NCBI RefSeq assembly: GCF_000328665.1
Contig: NC_019977.1
Span: forward strand, 434,001 to 498,000
Direction: 5' to 3'
Length of the DNA stretch: 64,000 nucleotides
Source of the DNA: Methanomethylovorans hollandica DSM 15978
GTDB lineage: Archaea > Halobacteriota > Methanosarcinia > Methanosarcinales > Methanosarcinaceae
Shown here: positions 38,574-48,797 of the stretch, piece after piece
Layout of the letters: each line of letters starts with the position of its first letter
Position numbering within the stretch: position 1 is the stretch's first letter
The notes under the pieces: generated by a model
The model's input: only the letters and a program-made list of their open reading frames with translations
Told to the model about the DNA's origin: nothing
Databases searched by the model: none
Position numbers and translations under genes: made by a program

Positions 38574-41090
38574 TTACACTCCTATAGTACTGCCCTTAAG
38601 GATGTCGTTTTCACTGACCCTTACTTCTTTTATCACACTGCCATAACTGATCTGGTATGGTCTTGTAGGAGCAACATCAAACTGGGTCTGGCCGGTGATC
38701 GGTCCTTCTGTCGAGTATGGAACTGTGAATGAATATGTTCCGTTTGATGTCATTGTCTGTGAATACATGAATGAACGACCCAGGCTTGTACTAATTATCG
38801 TACTTATGGTCACATTCTCACCAGCAGGGGCAGTTCCTGTGATCTTTGCTCCTTCTACATATTCGAATATCTTCACATAACCTGTGTTATCTTCTTTGAT
38901 GCTTCCACTGAGGAGCACGTTGTACACGTTCTTATATCCAGCTTCCTGACTCTGGGCGGTGCTAGGTGATTCATGAACCATACGGTAGTGCTTCAGACCA
39001 TTACCGTCAAAAATATGCAGTTTTGCTTCCATGGAATTGTAGTAACGTTCACTAGGTACGGTTACTACTCCCTGATCACTCTGTACGGGTATGTAATAAT
39101 TGTTAGTGTCCATTGTCCATGCAGTCATGGCATAGAATTTCCCAGTGGCCATTTCAATATCAGACATGATATATCTGGCTCCCGTTTTTTCAGGGTCCGG
39201 ATGTATGGCTTCAAGGACTGCAGTGGCTTCTTCTTCACTAGAAGCTGTGAAGAATGTGGATGCACCAGGCTGATTCTCTTCTCCAATGTTACTTCTGCGC
39301 CCACCGATGCCTTGCTGGAAGGGGTTGGCATTTGGCAGTCGGCGTGCAATGGCCTCTATCTCGTGACCATAGTCCCACCAGGACATCACACCATAAGCTG
39401 TATCAGGGTAATCGAATATTTCCCCTTTCTCCGGCGCATCGTATATCTTAAGGAAATCAATGCCCGGGTCAGGAGTATTGGCTTCCATCCAGAAAAGTGC
39501 TTCCAGCCAGTAGTCGTTCGCCCCGCTGGTATACTGTGACTGCTGCATGGCAAGGCTATAACTTGGATACGCTACAAGCAACAGCAGAAGGAAAATGGTT
39601 GTCAGGTGGGCAATTTTGACATTCTTGCTCAAACACCCTGGAAGTTTCCCGATGGAGTTCATCTTGTCGTGACAGGCATCTTCGATCTTCTTCCATCCCG
39701 TCATGTCAAGGACCTTTGCTGCGAAGTACCCGGCCAGCACTGCAACGTTGATCGAGTAATAATATGCAAAGCGGTTCTGTCCGTATATGGCAAGCAGCAT
39801 GATGAAGGCCCACACAAGGATGAGTAGTTCTTCCGGTTTTTTGTCTTTCCAGATGCTGAAGGCCAGCATTACCATTGCGATCAATGATAAAAAGAATCCG
39901 GTGGCGAAGTTGTACCAGACCGAACTGAGGGTGAAGACACCACCGCGGTAGAAGATGGATGAGACTTCACCGATGGTGTTAAAGCCGCCGGTCTTTGCAG
40001 AGAAGATAGTTGCAGATATGCCTGTAATTGAACCAAATATTGAAGGCGATATCACTTTGATCGCCAGAAGCCCGATTATTAGTGTAGCGATCAATGCTAT
40101 CGGGTAATATATGGGTTTAAGTCTTTTATCATTGAGAACTTTGTGGACAATGCTCATGTATAAAAAGGCAAAAATAGCTGCAAGTGCAGTTGCAACATGG
40201 AACCATGAATAGATATAGGCACTGAATCCCATATCGGGTTTTATAAATGGGATAACGGGTAGCAGTCCCGCAATAAAAGTAATGATCCCTATTATTCCCA
40301 AATATTCAGTCGATTTGTTGTTAAGGTGATCTACAGTATATTGCACTGCTGCAAATATGACAATGATCATACCGAACATCGGGGCACCCGGCCAGGTAAG
40401 TTGATAGGCTGCATACATAAGCCCCGCAAGTATTGCAAATATTATTGGCCGGGCCGCTTCTTTGCTCTTGCTCTGCAGCATCTTTAAAGAAAGTTCCCTC
40501 TTTTTTGCTTCGATTAATGCAATCAAGAAGAACAACATCAATAATGAACTGAACAAAGTTTCTGCCACATGATGATCCGTAAAGATGATAGTTGAACGGC
40601 TAAGGAATTGTCCAGGGGCGATGGCTATAAGAAAAGCTGCAATAACACCGGTTTTTCTGTCCTTCAAGTACTTACCGATGTAGTATACGGGAATAACTGT
40701 AAGGGCACCCAGCACAGTCGGGAAATAAGCACCAATGATGTTTACAAGGCCTGTATCCGGATTACCAAGCCCTAGAATCAGTGCTGTCAACGCGATCATA
40801 TGATCTAAAAGTGGTCCGAAATGTATGTAAGCTCCATTTGGGAAATTTGTTAATGGGTTGTAGAACATGCCGTGAGGGTAGTTGTGTAAGAGCACTTCTA
40901 CAATGCGCATATGGTATAAGGGGTCGTTACTGAACCTGACAAAGCCGTTTGGCAGGAACACGCTGTCACGGGGACGAATCCTTATATAAAATGCAATCAG
41001 TGCACTTATAATCACAAAAAGTGCTGCCAACCAACTGGTTTGACCTCTTTCCTTTACCGATATACTTGATATCTTTGATATCTTTGTCAT
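38574..41090 (-). CDS. aglB: Oligosaccharyltransferase AglB (STT3)
   Basis: NDPLYH, DHH, QNRFAYY, catalytic WWDYG, NPFQQG; many TM helices. Confidence 0.95.
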   Translation of the reverse strand: MTKISKISSISVKERGQTSWLAALFVIISALIAFYIRIRPRDSVFLPNGFVRFSNDPLYHMRIVEVLLHNYPHGMFYNPLTNFPNGAYIHFGPLLDHMIALTALILGLGNPDTGLVNIIGAYFPTVLGALTVIPVYYIGKYLKDRKTGVIAAFLIAIAPGQFLSRSTIIFTDHHVAETLFSSLLMLFFLIALIEAKKRELSLKMLQSKSKEAARPIIFAILAGLMYAAYQLTWPGAPMFGMIIVIFAAVQYTVDHLNNKSTEYLGIIGIITFIAGLLPVIPFIKPDMGFSAYIYSWFHVATALAAIFAFLYMSIVHKVLNDKRLKPIYYPIALIATLIIGLLAIKVISPSIFGSITGISATIFSAKTGGFNTIGEVSSIFYRGGVFTLSSVWYNFATGFFLSLIAMVMLAFSIWKDKKPEELLILVWAFIMLLAIYGQNRFAYYYSINVAVLAGYFAAKVLDMTGWKKIEDACHDKMNSIGKLPGCLSKNVKIAHLTTIFLLLLLVAYPSYSLAMQQSQYTSGANDYWLEALFWMEANTPDPGIDFLKIYDAPEKGEIFDYPDTAYGVMSWWDYGHEIEAIARRLPNANPFQQGIGGRRSNIGEENQPGASTFFTASSEEEATAVLEAIHPDPEKTGARYIMSDIEMATGKFYAMTAWTMDTNNYYIPVQSDQGVVTVPSERYYNSMEAKLHIFDGNGLKHYRMVHESPSTAQSQEAGYKNVYNVLLSGSIKEDNTGYVKIFEYVEGAKITGTAPAGENVTISTIISTSLGRSFMYSQTMTSNGTYSFTVPYSTEGPITGQTQFDVAPTRPYQISYGSVIKEVRVSENDILKGSTIGV

Positions 41091-41246
41091 ATTATGGGAC
41101 ACCTTTTGATTATGAAACTCGTTTCATGATACTTACTTATCAGAAAATATCTATCAAGATTACTTAGTATAGCACAGCTCAGATTTATATATGGGCTTAT
41201 AATATCCTACTTTATTTAATCTCTTTGTTACATGTATGTACTTTAA

Positions 41247-42386
41247 TTATAAAGGTTCTAATTCTACGGATTTTAGAACTTTCTCATACATAGTTTCAAT
41301 ATTTCTCCAATCGAATGTTTCTGCAATATCTATATATTTTTGTCTATCTGTTTCAGTTTCTAATATATTTTGGATACTTTCAACGAATGATACTTCATCA
41401 TCATAGTAATAAATATCATCACCAAGTGCGTTTTTTACGGCCTTCATCCTGCTTGAAAGAACAGGTACTCCACATGCAAGATAATTGAATATTTTTCCAC
41501 CTACAGCTACCTCGTTCTTCATGACATGTTTTAAAGGATTAAGTCCGATGTCCATCGCGGATATATATTTGTATAATTCCGAATATTCTACTCTTCCTTT
41601 GAATATCATCCTGTCAAGTACACCAAGCTCATTTGCGAGGGATTTTATTGTTTCTCCGTAGTCAGTGAATAATCCAGGGCCTATTATCAATAATTTAGCA
41701 TCCAGTTTTGGCAAAGCTTTTATGGCTGTCTCCAGGTCGACCCAATATTCAAGTGATCCGACATAACCTATGATGGTGCCTTCCAATCCTAGTTCTTTTT
41801 TTGCATATTCTCTTGGAATAATTTCAAAGACCGATGTGTCTACTCCATTTGGTATGACATGTATGCTCTTTTCACTGAGATGCTGCAAGAAATCTTTTAA
41901 TTCAGTTGTTACTGTGATCAATGAGTCTGCATTTTTTAGATTATAGTGGATTATCCGTCTTACTCCGTACTTCACAATTTTTCCAAAAAAAGAATCAGGA
42001 TAATATGTAGCTGCAGATTCTTCATAGTGATCAAGGTAATCAAATACAATGGGAGTTTTTCCTTTAACAAGGTTTACCAAAAAAGCAGGCAGAATATTAG
42101 CAGAAACAACTACATCAATTTTTTCCTTTTTAAGTATGTTCCTTATTTTGAACATGTGATATACACTGTTGACAATATAATATGCTGATGGGTCATTAAC
42201 ATTAATTGCAGTAACATCATGAAGCTTACATTTAGTTGTCCTGGGATTTTGATCTTTGAATTTTTTAAGTTTAAAATTAATGACATGAACATTATGTTTT
42301 TCTGCCATTATATCAAAGATAAAGTTCAGTCTATTTGGAACGGGATGTTTGGTCCAGTCTGTTGTAGGTATAACCAAAATATTCAT
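41247..42386 (-). CDS. GT-B (family 4-like) glycosyltransferase
   Basis: VIPNGVD, YVGSL, KIFNYLACGVPV, FDW. Confidence 0.9.
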   Translation of the reverse strand: MNILVIPTTDWTKHPVPNRLNFIFDIMAEKHNVHVINFKLKKFKDQNPRTTKCKLHDVTAINVNDPSAYYIVNSVYHMFKIRNILKKEKIDVVVSANILPAFLVNLVKGKTPIVFDYLDHYEESAATYYPDSFFGKIVKYGVRRIIHYNLKNADSLITVTTELKDFLQHLSEKSIHVIPNGVDTSVFEIIPREYAKKELGLEGTIIGYVGSLEYWVDLETAIKALPKLDAKLLIIGPGLFTDYGETIKSLANELGVLDRMIFKGRVEYSELYKYISAMDIGLNPLKHVMKNEVAVGGKIFNYLACGVPVLSSRMKAVKNALGDDIYYYDDEVSFVESIQNILETETDRQKYIDIAETFDWRNIETMYEKVLKSVELEPL

Positions 42387-42770
42387 TGCAAAATCTCTTA
42401 TTTCATATAATCATATAATCTTTCTGGGTATTATTTAATTGCATCTCTCCTCTCGGAGATTCGCACAGATAGCTTCACAAAAAAGTGTTAAAGAGGCTGT
42501 CAATCATATACATGTTCTATTTCTTAGACATTTTTATTTCTTGAGAATCAAAAAACTTTAATATATCTTTTTTTATTGTGGTTGAAACATTTTTTAATCC
42601 TTTCTTTGCTTTTTGCCTCATCTTTTTATGCAGATTGCTAATAATGCAATTTAAAGGTTTTGACTGTTGATCCAACCGCATCGAGTGACATCACAAATTA
42701 AGATGGTATTCTGGCACATAACAACGTTTTTATTCCTTTGGGTTTCTCAGTAACCTAATTGGTGATTAGT

Positions 42771-43904
42771 TTGAAAATATGTATGCTAACTACCGTCCAC
42801 CCTCCCTTTGATACAAGAGTATTCTATAGAGAGGCACAGTCTCTCGTAAATCATGGTCACGAAGTGACAATAATTGCCCCACATACTGAAGTAATTAATG
42901 AAATAATAGACGGAGTACATATTAAAACAATACAAAAACCCAATTCAAAAGCGCTTCATTTTCTGACAATGTTTAAAATTTTCAAAGAAGGTTTTAAGAT
43001 AAAGTGTGATGTTTTCCACTGTCATGAGCCAGGTTCATTACTCATCTGTTTTATTCTTAAAGTGTTAACAGGAAATAAAATGGTTTACGATGCTCATGAG
43101 TATTACCCGGAGCTAATCGCAGAAAATGTTTTTTTCCCAAAAGTTGTCAAAAAACCAATACATGCAATTGTAAATAAAGGCGAACTTTTTCTATGCAAAT
43201 TTTGTGACTATATAATTACCGTTAACGAGTCGCTTAGAAAAAGATTTGCACAATTTGGGAATACTGTTGTGCTATATAATGTTCCGTCTTTGGATCTTTT
43301 TCCTCTACAGAATGTGGAAATGGAACAAAATACAATTGTTTATGCCGGTTATGTAAGTAGAGAAAGAGGCTTAGATAAATTATTAAAATCCCTGTTAGAT
43401 GTAAGAAAAGCATATCCTAATCTATTCCTTTTAGTAGCAGGTTATATTCAGGATACAGATGAATTTAAAATAGAAGTAAAAAATTTTATCGATGATAACA
43501 GTCTCAATGGGAATGTCAAAATTACAGGTTGGTTACCCTACGCAGATATTGTTACAAACATACAAAAATCCATGGCAGGAATGATTCTATTCCAGCCAAT
43601 ATATTACAACAATATAATCGGATTACCAAATAAATTATTTGAATATATGGCATGTGGAAAACCTGTAATTGCAAGTGATTTTCCGGAAATAAGGGCAATT
43701 GTCAAAGAAGCCAATTGCGGTCTCCTTATAGACTCTTCAAATATTGACGATATAACAAAAGCAATTATCTGGATCATGAACAATCCAAAAGAAGCACAAG
43801 AGATGGGATCAAGAGGAAGGAAATCGGTCGAAAAAAAATATAACTGGGCAGAAATGGAAAAATTACTGTTTAACATGTATGATGATATTTCAATAGTTCA
43901 GTAA
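42771..43904 (+). CDS. GT-B (family 4-like) glycosyltransferase
   Basis: HPPFDTRVF, YDAHE, PNKLFEYMACGKPVIASDFP, YNW. TTG 42771 follows GGTGA. Confidence 0.9.
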   Translation: MKICMLTTVHPPFDTRVFYREAQSLVNHGHEVTIIAPHTEVINEIIDGVHIKTIQKPNSKALHFLTMFKIFKEGFKIKCDVFHCHEPGSLLICFILKVLTGNKMVYDAHEYYPELIAENVFFPKVVKKPIHAIVNKGELFLCKFCDYIITVNESLRKRFAQFGNTVVLYNVPSLDLFPLQNVEMEQNTIVYAGYVSRERGLDKLLKSLLDVRKAYPNLFLLVAGYIQDTDEFKIEVKNFIDDNSLNGNVKITGWLPYADIVTNIQKSMAGMILFQPIYYNNIIGLPNKLFEYMACGKPVIASDFPEIRAIVKEANCGLLIDSSNIDDITKAIIWIMNNPKEAQEMGSRGRKSVEKKYNWAEMEKLLFNMYDDISIVQ

Positions 43905-45335
43905 ATTTTTTATTTCAGTACGCACACCTGTATCAATCTTCAATAAAAACATTGTATACACAATTCCTCCAAGTAAAACAGACAAAAGTGTGATCCATAT
44001 GTTCGAAAGTGGTATTAACAAACGATAAAATCCCAGGAAGACAACCATAATTGATGATGAGATTATTACATTCCTGACAGGTACATACTCTATATTAACA
44101 TTTATGAACCTGGATAAAACAAAATAGGCGAGTAAAGCGTTTAATGTCATAGTTAACAATGTAGCTAAAGCTGCTCCCTCTATGCCTAACGCCGGAATTA
44201 GGGCAAAATTCAATATAATGTTAGCTGTTGCTGCAACGATGGTAACTTTTAATGCTTTTTTGGGATGGTTAAGGCCATTAATATATGTCGTCTGAAGAAA
44301 TACAAATACATTTACCACTTGCATCACAAGAAGCAGATACAGGGTATAATTTCCATTCTCAAAATCAGAGCCATAAAAATAATATAGTAGCTTATCGCCA
44401 AGCAGAACCCCTCCCGCCAGAACAGGGACAGCAAGCATCAATGAATAAGTAAAAGCCTTTGAAAGAGAAACTGCGATTCTATCTGTATCGCCAGATACGC
44501 TCCATTTACTTATATTTGGAAACAGAACGGTACGCATTGCAGTTGTTGTAAAAGCTGCTATAGTTGTGAACTGAAATACAACACGATATATGCCCACATC
44601 CGCAGTCTCTAAAAAATATCCAACCATAATAGTGTCAGCATAAGTAAATACAAGACTGCCACTTGAAGACAAAAATATCCAGAATGAATAGGAAACAAGG
44701 CTATGTAAATGATAAGATCTGAACCGTACTAATTTCATATCAAGATAACGCATTCCTATGATACTTGCTGCAATCATGCCAAAGATAAAACCTCCTGCGA
44801 GTCCCGCAGCACCAAAACCCAGAAAAACAGCTACAACTTGAAAAAATATGCACAGTATGCTGTTTAGGAAGCCCATGGTCTGATAAATACCTGCTTTACC
44901 CATCCCATAGATGCCATAAAGAATGCTACTAAAAATAAACCCGGATACTAGTGCTACCAATAACCAGAAATACATATCATGGAGGTCTGTTAGCAATGGA
45001 TATATCAGGATTAAAACAGCAATTGAAAATACAACCAAAATCATACGACTGACAACAAATGCTGAATAAAATTCGTTCTGATCTTTACCTTCGCTTATAC
45101 GTTTTACAACAGCTCCACCAAAGCCACCATCATAAAATAGATTTAAAGTACCAACATATGCCAAAAACAGAAAATATGCACCAAGCACACTGGCACCGAT
45201 TGTATGAGCAAAATACATTGTGCTCAAAAACCCAATAAATGTTATAGCAATCTGTAAGATCAGAATAACCATGCTTTGACGTCTAATAGGCTCAATACGC
45301 ATTAATCTGTTGAAAATAGTAGACATTGTAGGCAT
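43890..45335 (-). CDS. Oligosaccharide flippase (Wzx/MOP family)
   Basis: About 12-14 TM segments; YADTIMVG, VGIY, NIILNFALIPALGIEGAALAT. Confidence 0.9.
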   Translation of the reverse strand: MPTMSTIFNRLMRIEPIRRQSMVILILQIAITFIGFLSTMYFAHTIGASVLGAYFLFLAYVGTLNLFYDGGFGGAVVKRISEGKDQNEFYSAFVVSRMILVVFSIAVLILIYPLLTDLHDMYFWLLVALVSGFIFSSILYGIYGMGKAGIYQTMGFLNSILCIFFQVVAVFLGFGAAGLAGGFIFGMIAASIIGMRYLDMKLVRFRSYHLHSLVSYSFWIFLSSSGSLVFTYADTIMVGYFLETADVGIYRVVFQFTTIAAFTTTAMRTVLFPNISKWSVSGDTDRIAVSLSKAFTYSLMLAVPVLAGGVLLGDKLLYYFYGSDFENGNYTLYLLLVMQVVNVFVFLQTTYINGLNHPKKALKVTIVAATANIILNFALIPALGIEGAALATLLTMTLNALLAYFVLSRFINVNIEYVPVRNVIISSSIMVVFLGFYRLLIPLSNIWITLLSVLLGGIVYTMFLLKIDTGVRTEIKNLLNY

Positions 45336-45375
45336 GATTTCTCCGGTATATTAAAACTAAAATAAAATCTAATTG

Positions 45376-46515
45376 TCACTCATTTAAATTATTGGATAAT
45401 GACATCATAGTATGAAGAAGTTCATCAGCTCTTTTTTCCCAGGTGTGGTCCAGTCTAATGTCATATAACCCTTCTGACATATATTCGCGAAGTTTGGGAT
45501 TCTTAATCAGCAGTTCTATCTTTTTTGTAAAATCTTCGATGTTATAATCAACGTACAATATTGAATCATTTTGTCCTACATCAACTAAAGACTCACATTT
45601 TGTACATATAATAGGTTTACAGCACCCTATATACTCATAAAATTTCATAGGTGATGACTCATTGAGATATTTTACTTCTGGATTATATGGCATAACAAAG
45701 ATATCTATGTCTTTTAATGACATTGGTATATCTTTTCTTGGAATTTCTTTTCTGATAATGAAATCACTGTTTTCTATAACATCTTTTAAATCATCTGAAA
45801 TCCCTTCTCCATAGGTGCCGAATAAAAACAACTTTAAGTACGGGTATTTTTCATGCAGATTCACACAAGATTGAACTAATATGTCAATTCCTCTGTTCTT
45901 TGTTAAACCTCCCATATAACCAATGTTGACAAAATCATCTTTTTGGTTTTTATATTTTGTTGGATATAATGTAATAAAAGAATATTCAAATGCGTTTGGG
46001 ATGAAAACGATTTTTATGTTTTCGTTCAAGTTGTATACTTTTTTCAAGGAATTCCACATAGGTTTGTTAAGGATAATCACTAAAGATGATTTTTCAATAC
46101 ACTCTTTTTCAATTTTTTTAGTCAATTTAGGTTTGCCTTTTCCAAGTACATTCACTTGTTCAATGGTATCATGAATATCTAAGATAATTTTTAAATCGAG
46201 TATTTCTGAAATTTTAAAAATCATTCTATTTTGGATAGTGTGCAATGAATAGGGGTAAGCAAAAAAAACGAGTGGCTTATCTTTTATAAGGATGGTTATT
46301 GACTTCAACGCAACAATTGATTTAATTATATTGTTAAAAAATATGTTTTTTAATGTGCTTTGTGGAAATTGTTTAAATTTGATCGATTTAAGATTGATGT
46401 TTTGAGATTCATTTAACGCATTTAAAAGATAATGTATTCTAGTATAAGTTCCAGAGGTATTATCTCCCAAATCACTTAAGATATTACCATCGATCACTGC
46501 AAAAACATCAATCAT
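45376..46515 (-). CDS. GT-B glycosyltransferase
   Basis: IPNA, GYMGGL..NRG, SPMKFYEY..CCKPII, HTW..RA. Confidence 0.85.
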   Translation of the reverse strand: MIDVFAVIDGNILSDLGDNTSGTYTRIHYLLNALNESQNINLKSIKFKQFPQSTLKNIFFNNIIKSIVALKSITILIKDKPLVFFAYPYSLHTIQNRMIFKISEILDLKIILDIHDTIEQVNVLGKGKPKLTKKIEKECIEKSSLVIILNKPMWNSLKKVYNLNENIKIVFIPNAFEYSFITLYPTKYKNQKDDFVNIGYMGGLTKNRGIDILVQSCVNLHEKYPYLKLFLFGTYGEGISDDLKDVIENSDFIIRKEIPRKDIPMSLKDIDIFVMPYNPEVKYLNESSPMKFYEYIGCCKPIICTKCESLVDVGQNDSILYVDYNIEDFTKKIELLIKNPKLREYMSEGLYDIRLDHTWEKRADELLHTMMSLSNNLNE

Positions 46516-46829
46516 TTGATCACTTCACAATTCAACTAAACAATGTGTATATATCTATGCTCGTATTATTTTAACAACTTATAGAGACTTTTATCAAAAC
46601 CATTATTTTAAGTCATAGGTACTTCAAATTGCAATTAATCCCCTATCATATAGATTTACTCTCTTTCTTTTCATGTTTTTCATTTTTAAGATAGTTCTCT
46701 TTATCCATCATTATTCTTTTTATTTTTAGCGTGTTAAGCTCATAAATTAAAACAAAAGACTATCATTAATGTTTTACCTCCATTAAAAAAGTGAAAATAA
46801 AATTATAGTTTAAATATTATTCTAAAAAT

Positions 46830-47786
46830 TTAGAGTAATATGTTATACAATTCCATAATTTCTGCACAGATTTTTTCATTGTTGTGTACTTTTTCTACAT
46901 ATTTTTTTCCTTGCTCACCTAACTGTTTTCTTAGATCAGCGACCATCATCAAATTTTCGAGTTCTTGTTTTAGATTATCTTTTGTGACGTTTATTATTCC
47001 ATTCGGCTTTTCTAAATATGGTTCTACACTTGGCTTAATCCATGTGCAAGAAGGGATTCCCATCTGTTGAACTTCATTTGTGAGAATACCATACCATCCA
47101 GTCTGTCTTTTATCATAAAAGCCAACTGAATCAACTACAATGTCACATTTAGAAACTAATTCAATTGTTTCTTTATGTGGGGTGTTTTCAATTAACACAC
47201 ACTCAACATTCTGATATTGTCTTTTTAATGCATTTATTGCTTCAATAAAGTATATGGTTCCTTTATAAAATCTGTTTGTAGGCGCATGGCCGATCAGTAT
47301 TTTACCATCGTTTCTATCTATTTTAGTTAACCCATGCCATCCTATAGGATTAGGGACCCATGTTGCTTCAGGTGCGTATTCTAATAGATCCGGAGTAGAA
47401 ACTATATGCACATCTGCAAATCTCGAACCAAAACTTTTACCGTTGTTTCTCAACTTACTGCCATGCCAATGGATAACTACTTTTCCATAAAATTTGAACA
47501 GCAACGGGATGTCCAAATCCATAGGGAATATACCACCATCATGCAGATGAATGATATCAAAATTCTCTTCACGCAGTAATTTGATTAAAATTTTATAAAT
47601 TATATAAAAACGTTTTAAAAGATCCTTTTTAGGGTAATTCAAAGGAAGGTTCAAAGAAATATCTTCATAGTCATTAGTATAATTCTCTGTAATATCTAAG
47701 ATACGTACCTGATGGCCAAGACTTTTCTGTTGTAATGATAGATTGTATGCGACATTAGCAATGTTTCTTATGTGGAGAATTTTCAT
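46830..47786 (-). CDS. GT-B-like glycosyltransferase
   Basis: MKILH, DIIHLH, HWHGS, HAPTNR..KGT, DIVVD, GWYG...E..MG.P. Confidence 0.75.
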   Translation of the reverse strand: MKILHIRNIANVAYNLSLQQKSLGHQVRILDITENYTNDYEDISLNLPLNYPKKDLLKRFYIIYKILIKLLREENFDIIHLHDGGIFPMDLDIPLLFKFYGKVVIHWHGSKLRNNGKSFGSRFADVHIVSTPDLLEYAPEATWVPNPIGWHGLTKIDRNDGKILIGHAPTNRFYKGTIYFIEAINALKRQYQNVECVLIENTPHKETIELVSKCDIVVDSVGFYDKRQTGWYGILTNEVQQMGIPSCTWIKPSVEPYLEKPNGIINVTKDNLKQELENLMMVADLRKQLGEQGKKYVEKVHNNEKICAEIMELYNILL

Positions 47787-47870
47787 ATGGATTTATTCCA
47801 AAAAGCTCATTAGGTAATATCTTTATCAGTTGTCGGCTGCTTTACCATCGTCTTCTATATAATTGCCAAT

Positions 47871-47906
47871 GTTTCAATCCCTCATACAGTTTCCAATCAT
47901 TCCAAT
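47871..47906 (-). repeat. Solitary CRISPR-repeat-like 36-mer (single copy in window)
   Basis: GTTTCAATCCCTCATACAGTTTCCAATCATTCCAAT; its reverse complement ends in the canonical ATTGAAAC handle. No second copy or cas gene is seen. Confidence 0.4.
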
Positions 47907-47933
47907 ATGAGTTTTGAGGCCAGTTAAATTCCA

Positions 47934-48794
47934 TTAATTGAAATTCCTTAAATGGTCCAGTATCTCATCCCTCATTTCCTCGTTCTTTAAAGCAAAGTCC
48001 ACTATGGCTTTGATATATCCCAGTTTGTCACCGGTGTCATAACGTTTGCCTGTGAACTTATATGCATAGATCTTCTGGGATTCGCTGAGGAGTTTGATGC
48101 CATCGGTAAGCTGTATCTCTCCACCCACACCGCAAGCTGTCGCTTTTATACAATCGAATATCTCAGGAGTGAATACGTATCTTCCAATAGCACCGGTATT
48201 AGATGGAGCCTTCTCGGGGGCAGGTTTTTCCACGATGTCCTCAAGCAGGTACAGGTGTTCGTCCAGTTCGCGTCCTTTTATTATACCGTAATTGCTAACT
48301 TTTTCCCAGGGTACTTCTTCCACTGCGATGGTTGAGCGCCCGTAGGTATTGAAAACCTCGATAAGTTGTTTAGTGCATGGGGTACTGTTCATTATTATAT
48401 CATCACCTAAAAGCACAGCAAAAGGTTCCCCGCTAATATGCTTTTCTGCTGTAAGTATAGCGTCTCCCAATCCCCGTGGTTCTTTCTGTCGGATGTAGTG
48501 GATATCCACAAGGGAAGAGATGTCTCTTATCATTTTCAGCATCTCTGTTTTTCCCCTGCTCTTAAGGTGCATTTCCAGTTCAGGTGAATCGTCAAAATAA
48601 TCCTCTATAGATCTTTTGCTTCTACCTGTCACGAATATGATGTCATCTATTCCGGAGTTGACAGCTTCCTCCACTACATAATGGATCACAGGTTTATCAA
48701 TGATCGGAAGCATTTCCTTTGGCATGGATTTTGTTACCGGGAGAAACCTTGTGCCAAGCCCTGCAGCCGGTATAACTGCTTTCTTGATCGTCAT
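47934..48794 (-). CDS. galU: UTP--glucose-1-phosphate uridylyltransferase
   Basis: KAVIPAAGLGTRFLPVTKSMPKEMLP, RQKEPRGLGDA, VEKP, GEIQLTD, YDTG. Confidence 0.94.
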   Translation of the reverse strand: MTIKKAVIPAAGLGTRFLPVTKSMPKEMLPIIDKPVIHYVVEEAVNSGIDDIIFVTGRSKRSIEDYFDDSPELEMHLKSRGKTEMLKMIRDISSLVDIHYIRQKEPRGLGDAILTAEKHISGEPFAVLLGDDIIMNSTPCTKQLIEVFNTYGRSTIAVEEVPWEKVSNYGIIKGRELDEHLYLLEDIVEKPAPEKAPSNTGAIGRYVFTPEIFDCIKATACGVGGEIQLTDGIKLLSESQKIYAYKFTGKRYDTGDKLGYIKAIVDFALKNEEMRDEILDHLRNFN

Positions 48795-48797
48795 GAT

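Noticed and set aside
42490..42505. AAGAGGCTGTC resembling an IS terminal inverted repeat
   Set aside because: No matching opposite end or transposase remnant was seen.
47871..47906. CRISPR array
   Set aside because: Only one repeat-like unit, with no periodic copies and no cas genes. Reported as a solitary unit instead.
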